From positions 673 through 64,672 of the IMG/VR virus record IMGVR_UViG_3300046791_000095: a DNA stretch of 64,000 nucleotides. One strand, 5' to 3'. Every line of letters begins with the position of its first letter. Positions within the stretch are counted from its first letter, which is position 1. Shown here piece after piece: positions 27,425-36,509 of the stretch. Made by a program: the position numbers and the translations under genes. The notes beneath the pieces were generated by a model, which saw only the letters and a program-made list of their open reading frames with translations, did not search any database and had not been told where the DNA came from. This DNA is from a virus. Taxonomy: Duplodnaviria > Caudoviricetes.

Positions 27425-27578
27425 TTGGAGTACCTCCCTTCGGCTTGGGAGCCTTCCGCTTCGCCTGCATCTCCTGGAAGTCCTTCGGCATGCGCGCCAT
27501 CATCGTGCTGTCCACAGCCGCCATGCCTTTCTTCACCCGGTCCACGAGATTCATGACAGGGTTACTTCGCTTTGCCAT
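27414..27578 (-). CDS. 54-aa basic protein MAKRSNPV... (not in ORF track)
   Basis: GGAGGT RBS; N-terminal motif shared with the 44.3-45.5 kb array. Confidence 0.65.
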   Translation of the reverse strand: MAKRSNPVMNLVDRVKKGMAAVDSTMMARMPKDFQEMQAKRKAPKPKGGTPSGS

Positions 27579-27580
27579 CA

Positions 27581-27796
27581 CTACCTCCGACGCTCGATCA
27601 AACGGTCGAGCTTGCTATCAATGCTCTTGAGAGACTTGTCGATCCCTTCCTGATGGTCTTCCAACACAGAGATACGGGTCTCGTGCTTCTCAGCCTTGCC
27701 AGAGAGGTTCGCACCCCAGGCAAGGATTACTCCAAACAGCGCCGTGACGAGAGCCGTCACGATGGTTCTCACCAACCATCCGGGTAGAGCGTTCAT
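27581..27796 (-). CDS. small TM plus coiled-coil protein (lysis-region)
   Basis: N-terminal TM, RISVLE...IDSKLDRLIE. Confidence 0.65.
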   Translation of the reverse strand: MNALPGWLVRTIVTALVTALFGVILAWGANLSGKAEKHETRISVLEDHQEGIDKSLKSIDSKLDRLIERRR

Positions 27797-30045
27797 GGCT
27801 TCTCCGCAGGGGGCGTCAACGGAATCGTCTTCTGCCCCGCTTTCTTCGCTTGAGCGTAGGCTCCTTGGTTCGCCTTGATCCACGCGATCCTGGCCTTCAT
27901 GCGCTCGGCCTTCACAAAGTTCCGTAGCACGGCTTTCGCAGCCGCCTCTCCGAGGTTCTTCGTCTTGAGCATGGCCTTGGTCGCAGCAATCGTGTCGGCC
28001 TGCTGAATCAGCTTTGCGTACTCAGCCGCCTTCTCTCCTGGAACCTGGCCCTGAACTCCGATGAAAGGAATCTCCTCGTGCGCCGGCTTAGGCGCGTAGG
28101 TCTGGATACCGACACCAACAATCGCCGGCACGGAGAAAGCCAGGCCCTCGATCCCTCGATCCTTGATCACGTCGTACGTGTCCTGCATGGCCAGAGGAGT
28201 CACTCGCGTGAGCACCTCGTCGGTGAGGTCGAACTTCTTCCCCGCCATGTCCTTTCCGCGCAACCAGTCCGTCACGAACGATGCCACGGGGGCTTCCTTC
28301 GCGATGATGAAGTTGGTTGCCACGTCAAGACCGGTAGGAGCACCGAACTTCTCTCCGAGCTTCGAGACCACACCGGTCTCAGAGTTCATCCGGGACTGGG
28401 TCACAAGTTGCGTGAAGAGACGCATGAACTGGAAGTGTCCACCACCGAGATCGAATCGAGTATTCCCAACGCGAATCTTACCTGCATCCGGGTTGCGGAA
28501 ATCCCACGTCACCTTCGCTCCGCCCATCGCAGCCAGAGACACGAGCCCGTACACGATGGCCGCTGCCGACATGCTCGCCTTGATGGCCTGCTGTCGAACG
28601 AACGGATTCATCTTGTAGTAGTAGTACGGATTGAACGTCTGGAAACGTGCAACCGCAAGTCGAGGGGAGAACAGGACCGAGGAGAGAACTCCTGGGTTGA
28701 AGTTTCTACCACCACGCCCGCTACTCGTGTTGATCCACTCAGCGAGGGAGGCGGTGAATTCCGGGTCGCTCACATCCACACCAGCCGCCGTCGCCTCCTT
28801 CAAGGAGTTCGAAAAGATGTCGAGACGGAGACGGTTGAGGAACGTCGTATACGCCTGTTCCGAGGACCTCACAAGGGGACCTAGAAGAGGAACGCGCTCA
28901 GCCAGTTGTGACTGGAACGCTTCTTCCCGAGGAGCGAGCTTCGAGTGAATGTCGGTCAGGGCAAGGCCCGCCTCCTGAGCAGCAGGGAAGTCCGGGTGCT
29001 GCCGGATGTAGCTCTGGCTCTCCAAGTACTTCTCTGGGCTCCAAGCCTGAATCATCGGCGCCATGTTCGCCCAGTACTCCGGGCGTGCGATCATCAGGAG
29101 ACCCTGCCGACCCGGGGCTGAGAGGTCTGCACTCGACATGATGGCGCGAGGTACACCTAGAGCCTGACCAGCAACGTCCATCAGAGTGCCGGGCTTCTGC
29201 GCATCGGCCCACGCATCGAATCGGTCCACAACTTCCCGGATGTGTCGGGGAAGAGGAACCGTGTCGATCTCGGACTGGTTGTGGTAGTCCTGCACGTTCT
29301 GCGACCACTGTTCATTCGGAACCTTGAGAGCCCTCCACTGGGCAGCCTGCGCTTCCAGACCGCTCATGTAGTCGAGTGCCCGCTGCCACTCGGGAGTCTC
29401 GCCCGGCTTCGCGTTGACACTGTCCGAATCGTGAAGTGCCTTGATCTGTTCAAGGGCTGCGTCGATACGAGGACCATCCTGGGACTCCATCGAGACAGCA
29501 AACTCGTTCCACGCTGCAACCTGTTGCTGCTTTGCAGCGGCTACCAAGGACGGCTTGAGAGGCGCCGGCTTGGCGGGCGGAAGAGACGAGGTCGTCTCGG
29601 GGACTTCCACGCTCTGCGCCTGCTGCTTCGGACCAGTGTCCTTGTTGACTCTGATCGTGGTGACATCTGGGTCTTTCGGCGTGTTCGATCCGATGAACAT
29701 CGTCTTGAGTGCTTCCTGAACTTCTGGGTCCTGATCCACCTTCTGCTGAAGGAAATTCTGAGTCTTCTCCCACACAGGCACACTAATATCGCGAACATGC
29801 GTTACCCCAGTCGTCTTGGCCTCCTGAAGTGCAGCATGCCCGCGAAGATAGTCGTGGATGAGAGGAACCTGCTTCTCGGGAGTCGAAAGCGGGCCTAGCC
29901 AGCGTTCAACGTCGGTTGGAGCGTGCGCCGTGCCACCACGGATCGCGCCCTTCCCTGTTCCCTCGGCAGCTTTCCCAGACTCACCGATCTTGCCGGTGGC
30001 CCCGATGAGGTCTGAGATGCTCTTGATAAGCGGTTCGAAGTTCAT
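27793..30045 (-). CDS. large virion/ejection protein
   Basis: 750 aa, helical, last of the ejection-gene block. Confidence 0.6.
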   Translation of the reverse strand: MNFEPLIKSISDLIGATGKIGESGKAAEGTGKGAIRGGTAHAPTDVERWLGPLSTPEKQVPLIHDYLRGHAALQEAKTTGVTHVRDISVPVWEKTQNFLQQKVDQDPEVQEALKTMFIGSNTPKDPDVTTIRVNKDTGPKQQAQSVEVPETTSSLPPAKPAPLKPSLVAAAKQQQVAAWNEFAVSMESQDGPRIDAALEQIKALHDSDSVNAKPGETPEWQRALDYMSGLEAQAAQWRALKVPNEQWSQNVQDYHNQSEIDTVPLPRHIREVVDRFDAWADAQKPGTLMDVAGQALGVPRAIMSSADLSAPGRQGLLMIARPEYWANMAPMIQAWSPEKYLESQSYIRQHPDFPAAQEAGLALTDIHSKLAPREEAFQSQLAERVPLLGPLVRSSEQAYTTFLNRLRLDIFSNSLKEATAAGVDVSDPEFTASLAEWINTSSGRGGRNFNPGVLSSVLFSPRLAVARFQTFNPYYYYKMNPFVRQQAIKASMSAAAIVYGLVSLAAMGGAKVTWDFRNPDAGKIRVGNTRFDLGGGHFQFMRLFTQLVTQSRMNSETGVVSKLGEKFGAPTGLDVATNFIIAKEAPVASFVTDWLRGKDMAGKKFDLTDEVLTRVTPLAMQDTYDVIKDRGIEGLAFSVPAIVGVGIQTYAPKPAHEEIPFIGVQGQVPGEKAAEYAKLIQQADTIAATKAMLKTKNLGEAAAKAVLRNFVKAERMKARIAWIKANQGAYAQAKKAGQKTIPLTPPAEKP

Positions 30046-33000
30046 TTCTTCTCCTCGGTACGAAGTAGATCATTGAGAGACTCGTAGAGCTTCGACTCAT
30101 GAGTGCCATCCATCGAGGTAACGATACCTCGGAAGTGACGGCCCTTCTGCATCGTCGCAAGAGTCTGGCGGACTGCTCCACTGGGCTCAGCACCCAACTG
30201 GGCAGTCACCTGATTGTTGAAGAGTTGGACACGCACGAAACCACGCTGTAGCATTGCGTGATTGTCCCATCGACCCAGGCCCTTGTAGCCTGTGTCCTTC
30301 TCCTTGATCTTCAGTGCCTTGACGACTCGATCCGAAACGTCTTCGTGATCCAGCACCGAGTACAGCTTCCCGTCTGGAGCAACCCAGTAGGGAGTTGATC
30401 GGGCTGACTTCACCGGAAGCTTCGAGGGATCAACCTGAGCGCCCCTGTTCTTCAGGATTGCCGTGGCCGTTTTCTTCTCCTGTGCAGACGTATCGACGGC
30501 CTGAACAAAGCCCCGCTCGTCCTTCAGGATGTCGCCGACATTCAGACTACCGGAGTTCCCAAGCGTCTTGTTGACGTAGGCCCGAGCGCGATTCATCTGC
30601 TGCTTGTGCCACGCGTCACGCTTGAGGAAGTCCGTAGGCGGAAGGAACTGCTTCCCGTTCACGGAAGGATCGTAGCCGGTGTTGATGTTCTGCTCCCAGG
30701 CCCCACCCTCACCAAGCTTGGCGATGGCGAAGTTCCGGTTGAGCCGGCCCAGTTCGAGCGCCTTGGCTTCATCAGGAACCATGATGTTCAGATCGATGGA
30801 GAAGTTGCCCGACGGCTTTTCACCGTTGGACTCCTGCCACACACCAATCGTAGGCTTGAGACCTCGATCTTCCATCTCCTTGATCAGGGGCTTCACGTCA
30901 TCCCGGAACTTCAGGAGCCGTGCAGGGTAGAGGTGATTGCGTGCCGTCGAGTTGCTAACGAGCGAGACCACGTAGCCCTTGTGAGCCGCAGGCTCAAAGG
31001 AGACAGGATCGAACGTATGACCAGACGGTGCTTCTGGATCAGCTTCCCAGTCACCCGTCTTCTTGTCTTTCACGATGCCTCTACGGACGGGCTCCAGAGA
31101 CTGATACAGATTCTGCATCATCTGAAGATGACCTTCCGTTTCCTTGGCGTACTGCTCTGGAGTGAGTCCCCCGAGCTTGCGCTCGACGAGGTCTTCCAGT
31201 GGCCGGGCAGAGCCGGTCTTGGTCGAGAGTTGCCGACCACCCTTTGCTTCCTTCGTCTGGATCGAACGAACTCGTGCGCCTTCCCAGATAGCAGCCTGGA
31301 ACTGGCGTGGAGTCATTCCATTATCACGCGCGAGATCACGGACAACCCGTTCGTAGATTCGGTAGTCCTTCTCTCGAAGAGCACCGCCCTTGTCCTTCAG
31401 ACCAAGCGCGTCGATCATCCAACGGTCGAGGACTACAGCATTCGAATCACCACGGAGTGCGCGTAGGAAGTTCTCGATCTTGGTGAACTCACCGAGATTC
31501 TCTCCCTTGACGCCCCGCTCAAGCTGACCCACCATCGACTGACCACGGAAGCCCGTGAAGGGCATTCCCATCTTCCACTGCGAGAAAGCCTTGAGGGCCA
31601 TCGCAGCACCAGACTCGGTCTGACCATTGGCAGAAGTGATCGCGAGGAAGCGCAGGAACATATCGGCATCTTCACCGAATCGCTCCTTAGCCCAGTCGGC
31701 CGTGCGCTCGTACCAGCCCATTCCATACTTGCCAGACTCGTGGAGCGCCATCAACTCGTCGAGGTTCTTCTCGGCGGTTCCAGTCTCCTTGAACATCCGG
31801 ACGAAGTGTTTCTGTGCCGTGTCGATCAGCTTGTCGAGGAAAGGTTTGACGACCTCTCCCCACTTCTGAACTGCCCACGTTGCGATCTCTTCACGAGACC
31901 GAAGACGTTTGCTGAACGAGTCAGCCGCGAGTTCGAGAGCGTAGTCGCCGATGAGGCTTGGATCGAAACCAGAGTTCAGTCGGCCAGTCTTCTGGGCGAT
32001 GCGCTGACGTGCTCCTTCAGCCGCCTTCTCCAGAGCTTCGGCCACCTTGGTCTGGTGCTCACCGATAGGCTCACGGACAAGCTTCGCAGTTGCTAGGTTG
32101 CCCTCAGGAATCTTGGTCGTCTCAACGACCTTGAATCCCCGAGCCTCATACCACGGAATGACCTTCTCCAGTGGAATGCGACCACCCTTGATCCCTGGTG
32201 GGGGAACAAGGTCAGTCTCGATCTTCACAGCATGGCGATCAGCCGCCTTCACGATCTCTTCTAGATCACCCGCAGTACCACCTGGCTTGCCCACCTTCGT
32301 GAGCTTGGTGATCTTGAGGTTGCCTTCCGGCGTAGCCTCGACAGCAGAGTGAGGAAGTCCCTCAAGAGACTTCGCTGCTGCATGAGCGGGACTTTGTGCA
32401 GCGGATGCTTCAGGAGATGAAACCGCCTGTTGTGCAGGTTCAGACGGCTTCAGGACGCTCTCCTCCTTCGGAGGTGCGCTTGGGGCTGCTCCCTCGGTTG
32501 GTTTCTCAACCGGAACTGGAGCAGGAGCAACAGGAGCCGCTGGAGCCACCGGCTTCACTGGCTTCGTCTTCGCCGGCTTCTCTGGTGCTGGTGGAGCAGG
32601 AGGTGCCGTTACAGCCGGCTCAACCTTGGCCTTCGGCTCTAGGCGTGGTGCGATCTCCTCGGGAGGAGGAAGAGGCCGACCGCCTCTTTCGAGAGGACCG
32701 AGCGGCTGACCCGGAGTCACAGTTGGTGCTGGCTCCGTTGGAGCATTGCTCGCGAGTTCCAGAGGAACCGGTGCGCTCGTTGGAGCGGGCGTCCCTTCCA
32801 AGCCCTCCATCCGAGGGAGCCCCGGACGTTCGACAGGGGCCTGCACTGGAGCAGGGGCATTCGGTTCGAGGGCTCCTTCGACAGGAGTACCACCCGAGAC
32901 ACCTTCCGCAGGAAGATTGACGTTACCTTTCAGAGCTACATTGGCGTCCTGATAGAGCTTGATCTGATCGGCGATCTTGGTAGCCGCACGTAGACCCGCC

Positions 33001-34343
33001 TCACTCATGACGGCGTTTTCACCGTGGCGAGACTGGATGATCGTCGTTGCGATGTCGGCCGGATCACCTTCGAGCGGGACACGAGAGGTATGTGGGTTGA
33101 ACGTGTCGGCCGTCTTCGAGATGGCAGCCCGGAGTTCGTTCTCGCCCTTGACAGCCATGTCGCGCTGCTTGGCGTTGTACTCCTGCCAGCCCTTGAGACG
33201 TGCGTTGTCAACTTCAGCCTGGGCCGCAGTCTCGATGAACTTCTTCTTCAGGACTGCCTTGCCGACCGTGGCGCCGAGGCCGGCTTCGAGAGTACCGGCA
33301 GTAGCACCGATGATAGCACCACCGGCAGCGCCCATCTTGGCGCCTTCGATACCGCCCTTCACGAGGGCCTGCCCGATCTCCTGTGGGGTCTTGTTTTCCG
33401 CAGCCGCCTGTACGCCGTGCTCGATAGCTCCCTGAACACCGATGGCCGGAGCACCGACGATGGCGCCGGTCTTGATGTGCGAAGCAACTCGTGCAATAGC
33501 AGAAGGAGCCTTGACAGCCGCAGCCCGTGCAGCGGGGGCTAGGCCAAGACGCTCCATTCCCTTAGTGAGCACACCCTCGATTGCGGGCGCACCGACACCG
33601 AGGAAGAAAGCATCGGTCGCAGCGTGCGCCGGCTCCTGAACAGTGGCAGCCTGCTGAGCTTGGGCAACCTGCTCGTCGATGGACTCGGTCGTCTTCTGGT
33701 ATCCGCTCGCGACGTTCTGCGCGCGGTTACGAGCTTCCTGCATGATCTGATCGTCAGAGTAACCACGAGCAGACAGGCCGGGCTGGAGCTTGGTGAAGTA
33801 CTCCTGAGCTTTCTCGTCCACGTTCGGAACGGGAAGTTCAGATGCCGTCTTCTCCAGAGCCTGCGCGGTCTGCGTATCAACAGCCGCATTGATCGCGTGA
33901 CCGCCGAGGAACGCAGCCTGTGAGACGAAGGGAATGGACTTCGACACAGTTGCAGCCGCAGCCTTCGTAGCAGGTAGTACGGCTGCTGCAACCTTAGGAA
34001 GCTCAGGAACGAGGAATGGAACGATGCCCTTCCCGAATTCCTTGGCGCCCTCGGCGACCTTCTCTCCAGCGCCCTGCACCTTCTCACCGAGAGTCTCGGT
34101 TGGGGCAGCAGGGGCTGCGTAGTTCTTCCCGTAGACTTCCTCCAGCTTCTTGCCGTAGTCCTCGGGCTTCATGTCCTTGCCGAAACGAGAGTAGTGGCGC
34201 TGAATGACCTCCTGATCCGAGAGGCCGGAGAAGTCGAACTCGTCCGCAAACTTCTTGCGGATACCTTCCGCGATGAACTTCTTCTTCGCGGTCGGCTCAT
34301 CGACTTCCTGGTATTGCTTCAGGCGATCTTCGAAGGTGGCCAT
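30042..34343 (-). CDS. multidomain (polyvalent) ejection protein with GNAT-like and HhH-glycosylase-like domains
   Basis: 1433 aa; Ala/Gly-rich hydrophobic region, Pro-rich linker, WYEARGF, VVLDRW...PRQFQAAIW. Confidence 0.65.
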   Translation of the reverse strand: MATFEDRLKQYQEVDEPTAKKKFIAEGIRKKFADEFDFSGLSDQEVIQRHYSRFGKDMKPEDYGKKLEEVYGKNYAAPAAPTETLGEKVQGAGEKVAEGAKEFGKGIVPFLVPELPKVAAAVLPATKAAAATVSKSIPFVSQAAFLGGHAINAAVDTQTAQALEKTASELPVPNVDEKAQEYFTKLQPGLSARGYSDDQIMQEARNRAQNVASGYQKTTESIDEQVAQAQQAATVQEPAHAATDAFFLGVGAPAIEGVLTKGMERLGLAPAARAAAVKAPSAIARVASHIKTGAIVGAPAIGVQGAIEHGVQAAAENKTPQEIGQALVKGGIEGAKMGAAGGAIIGATAGTLEAGLGATVGKAVLKKKFIETAAQAEVDNARLKGWQEYNAKQRDMAVKGENELRAAISKTADTFNPHTSRVPLEGDPADIATTIIQSRHGENAVMSEAGLRAATKIADQIKLYQDANVALKGNVNLPAEGVSGGTPVEGALEPNAPAPVQAPVERPGLPRMEGLEGTPAPTSAPVPLELASNAPTEPAPTVTPGQPLGPLERGGRPLPPPEEIAPRLEPKAKVEPAVTAPPAPPAPEKPAKTKPVKPVAPAAPVAPAPVPVEKPTEGAAPSAPPKEESVLKPSEPAQQAVSSPEASAAQSPAHAAAKSLEGLPHSAVEATPEGNLKITKLTKVGKPGGTAGDLEEIVKAADRHAVKIETDLVPPPGIKGGRIPLEKVIPWYEARGFKVVETTKIPEGNLATAKLVREPIGEHQTKVAEALEKAAEGARQRIAQKTGRLNSGFDPSLIGDYALELAADSFSKRLRSREEIATWAVQKWGEVVKPFLDKLIDTAQKHFVRMFKETGTAEKNLDELMALHESGKYGMGWYERTADWAKERFGEDADMFLRFLAITSANGQTESGAAMALKAFSQWKMGMPFTGFRGQSMVGQLERGVKGENLGEFTKIENFLRALRGDSNAVVLDRWMIDALGLKDKGGALREKDYRIYERVVRDLARDNGMTPRQFQAAIWEGARVRSIQTKEAKGGRQLSTKTGSARPLEDLVERKLGGLTPEQYAKETEGHLQMMQNLYQSLEPVRRGIVKDKKTGDWEADPEAPSGHTFDPVSFEPAAHKGYVVSLVSNSTARNHLYPARLLKFRDDVKPLIKEMEDRGLKPTIGVWQESNGEKPSGNFSIDLNIMVPDEAKALELGRLNRNFAIAKLGEGGAWEQNINTGYDPSVNGKQFLPPTDFLKRDAWHKQQMNRARAYVNKTLGNSGSLNVGDILKDERGFVQAVDTSAQEKKTATAILKNRGAQVDPSKLPVKSARSTPYWVAPDGKLYSVLDHEDVSDRVVKALKIKEKDTGYKGLGRWDNHAMLQRGFVRVQLFNNQVTAQLGAEPSGAVRQTLATMQKGRHFRGIVTSMDGTHESKLYESLNDLLRTEEKK

Positions 34344-34355
34344 CAGAACTCCTCG

Positions 34356-35498
34356 TTAGAACTGCTCTTTCGTAGCAGCCTTGGGTTGGCGACGCTTGGT
34401 AGGGTGAGTCCGGAGGTATGTCTCGGAACTTCCATCTCCGTACTGCTGATCGTGGAACATCTCCGCGAGATGCTCGACCATTGCGGTGATCGAGTCGAGA
34501 TCAGCCGGAGTGTACTCCTTGGTGAGATCGCGAGGACCTAGGAGGCGAGCAACAGCCTTCGCCGACTCCTTCTGGAACTGCTGAAGGAACGAACCAGAGA
34601 GACCATGAGTCTCACCAATCGCGTTGGTCCGAATCTCCGCCGTGCGCTTCATCGCATCAGCACGGATGTTCGCGCGCTTGGTCTGACCTTCCTGGGTCAC
34701 TTCCTGCTTCCGTAGATCACGCTCGTGCGAGAGCGCAGCCTCATCAGACTTGAGCAACGCGAGCTTCTCCTGCTCCGCGAGAGCCTTCTTCCAGTTGCCT
34801 TCCGCCTCGGCATCCTTGGCGGTCTGCTCGTGCATCTTCATCCTGAGAGCCAGACGAGACTGGAATCCCTCGTCACTGCGCGCCTGCTTCTCATTGACGC
34901 CCTTCTCATACTCGGCGAGGTTGCTCCGTCCGGACTGACGAACAGCCGGATTGAAGTCCCCCAGAGCGAGGGCTGCCCGAGCTAGAGGGCTGCCCTGAGG
35001 ACGCTCGTCTTCATGCTGCTTGAGTTCAGCGAGCGACTGCTGATACTCCTTCTGAAAGTCGCGGCCCGGGTGGGCCTGACTGTAGATCGCATCGAGATCG
35101 GTGAACGCCTTGTGGATGTCCTGCTTGTGCTGGTACTCTTCCGCCGCACGCGCGTACTTGTCCGCACCACCGTCGCCCTGAAATTCCGGAGCATTCTGAT
35201 CGGGTGCAGGACCAATATCAGGAAGAGAGAAACCCTTAGGGGCTGGTGCAGTCGGAGCCGCAGCCGGAGCCGCACCACCAGCAGCCGGAACTGGAGCAGG
35301 CGCTCCCTCGCTTGGTGCCGTGGGCGACTGCGCCTGAACTTGTGCATCTGGGTTGGGAGCCACGATTGGGACGGGAGAGGCCGCCTGAGCTTGTGGGCCG
35401 GCGACAGACTCGTCGAGCTTACGCGAAGCGTTCTGAACGGCACGTCCGACAGAGGCAACGCCCTTGCCGGCACTACGAAGGATGCTTGAGAAACCCAT
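34356..35498 (-). CDS. putative internal virion/ejection protein
   Basis: Pro/Ala-rich N-terminus plus coiled coil; position after tail genes. Confidence 0.55.
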   Translation of the reverse strand: MGFSSILRSAGKGVASVGRAVQNASRKLDESVAGPQAQAASPVPIVAPNPDAQVQAQSPTAPSEGAPAPVPAAGGAAPAAAPTAPAPKGFSLPDIGPAPDQNAPEFQGDGGADKYARAAEEYQHKQDIHKAFTDLDAIYSQAHPGRDFQKEYQQSLAELKQHEDERPQGSPLARAALALGDFNPAVRQSGRSNLAEYEKGVNEKQARSDEGFQSRLALRMKMHEQTAKDAEAEGNWKKALAEQEKLALLKSDEAALSHERDLRKQEVTQEGQTKRANIRADAMKRTAEIRTNAIGETHGLSGSFLQQFQKESAKAVARLLGPRDLTKEYTPADLDSITAMVEHLAEMFHDQQYGDGSSETYLRTHPTKRRQPKAATKEQF

Positions 35499-35502
35499 GT
35501 GA

Positions 35503-36111
35503 TTACCCCTGCTCTCCTGGCTTTTTCGTCTGCTTCTTCATCATGGAACCGAGACCGCCAGCACCAGCAGCGCCAGCCGCTGCCGAGAGCTTTTGCCAAA
35601 TGTCTGGTTCAGCGTTGCGAGCCGCGTTGTTGGCAAGAGCCAAGTCCTGATAGCCTGCGTTCTGCTGTGCAGCAATCGGTAGGGCTGCCTGCCAGACGTT
35701 GGCCTTGACTCCGCGCTCCAAGCCGGCCTGAGCCTGTGGAGCCGCAGCCGCAGCGAAGTCGCTAGCCCCTGAAGAGGCACCCGTGTCGGGAGAGAGACCC
35801 GAGGCCGCAGCGTTGCTCGCGAGGTTGGTCTGTAGCTCCTGTCCCTGTGTCGCGGCCGAAGAGAGCAACTGCTGGCCGTACGGAGAGTTCAGGATGAAGT
35901 TCGAGAGCTTCTGCGCATCACCCGCGACCGCAGCCGGACCGTACTTCGCCTTCAGTTCTTCGGGATCGATGTACTTGTTCTTCTTGCCGAAGATACCCCC
36001 GAGGGCGTTGAGGATGTACGGGGAAGCCATGAGAGCAGCCTGAATGAAGCCGCCCTCTCCGGACGCGAGACCGTCCCACGCGAAGAACTTCTTGATGAGA
36101 TTTCGGATCAT
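35503..36111 (-). CDS. putative DNA pilot/ejection protein
   Basis: Ala/Gly/Gln-rich; hydrophobic N-terminus ending GGIFG. Confidence 0.55.
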   Translation of the reverse strand: MIRNLIKKFFAWDGLASGEGGFIQAALMASPYILNALGGIFGKKNKYIDPEELKAKYGPAAVAGDAQKLSNFILNSPYGQQLLSSAATQGQELQTNLASNAAASGLSPDTGASSGASDFAAAAAPQAQAGLERGVKANVWQAALPIAAQQNAGYQDLALANNAARNAEPDIWQKLSAAAGAAGAGGLGSMMKKQTKKPGEQG

Positions 36112-36119
36112 GATGCCTC

Positions 36120-36500
36120 TTACGCGGACGTGTAACCGAACACGTCTACAGTGACCGTGATGGCTGCACCGGTCGTGGTCGTGAGGACGACAGCAGTTGC
36201 GGCTGCGATCTCAGTTCCTTGCACTGGGGTTTGGGGAGTCGCTGCGGCCGAGTCAGCACCAACGCAGACGTAGCCCGTGTTGGCCGTGATGAGGTTCGCG
36301 AGTGAGATCGTTCCTGGGAATCCCGTACAACTGATGTTCGTGGCGGCTGCTGCTGTGGCTGACGGGTCGCGGAACACGATGTGCGTGATTCGGGTGACCT
36401 TTCCAGCCGGAGTCGTGAAGAGCGTTGGATTCGCCCCCGTGGCAATCGAACCTGTGAATGAGCCAAGGAGTGAGATGCTCTTGTCTTTCAGAGATGGCAT
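36120..36500 (-). CDS. virion structural protein
   Basis: Thr/Ala-rich beta protein in the tail block. Confidence 0.6.
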   Translation of the reverse strand: MPSLKDKSISLLGSFTGSIATGANPTLFTTPAGKVTRITHIVFRDPSATAAAATNISCTGFPGTISLANLITANTGYVCVGADSAAATPQTPVQGTEIAAATAVVLTTTTGAAITVTVDVFGYTSA

Positions 36501-36509
36501 GAGGCTCTC

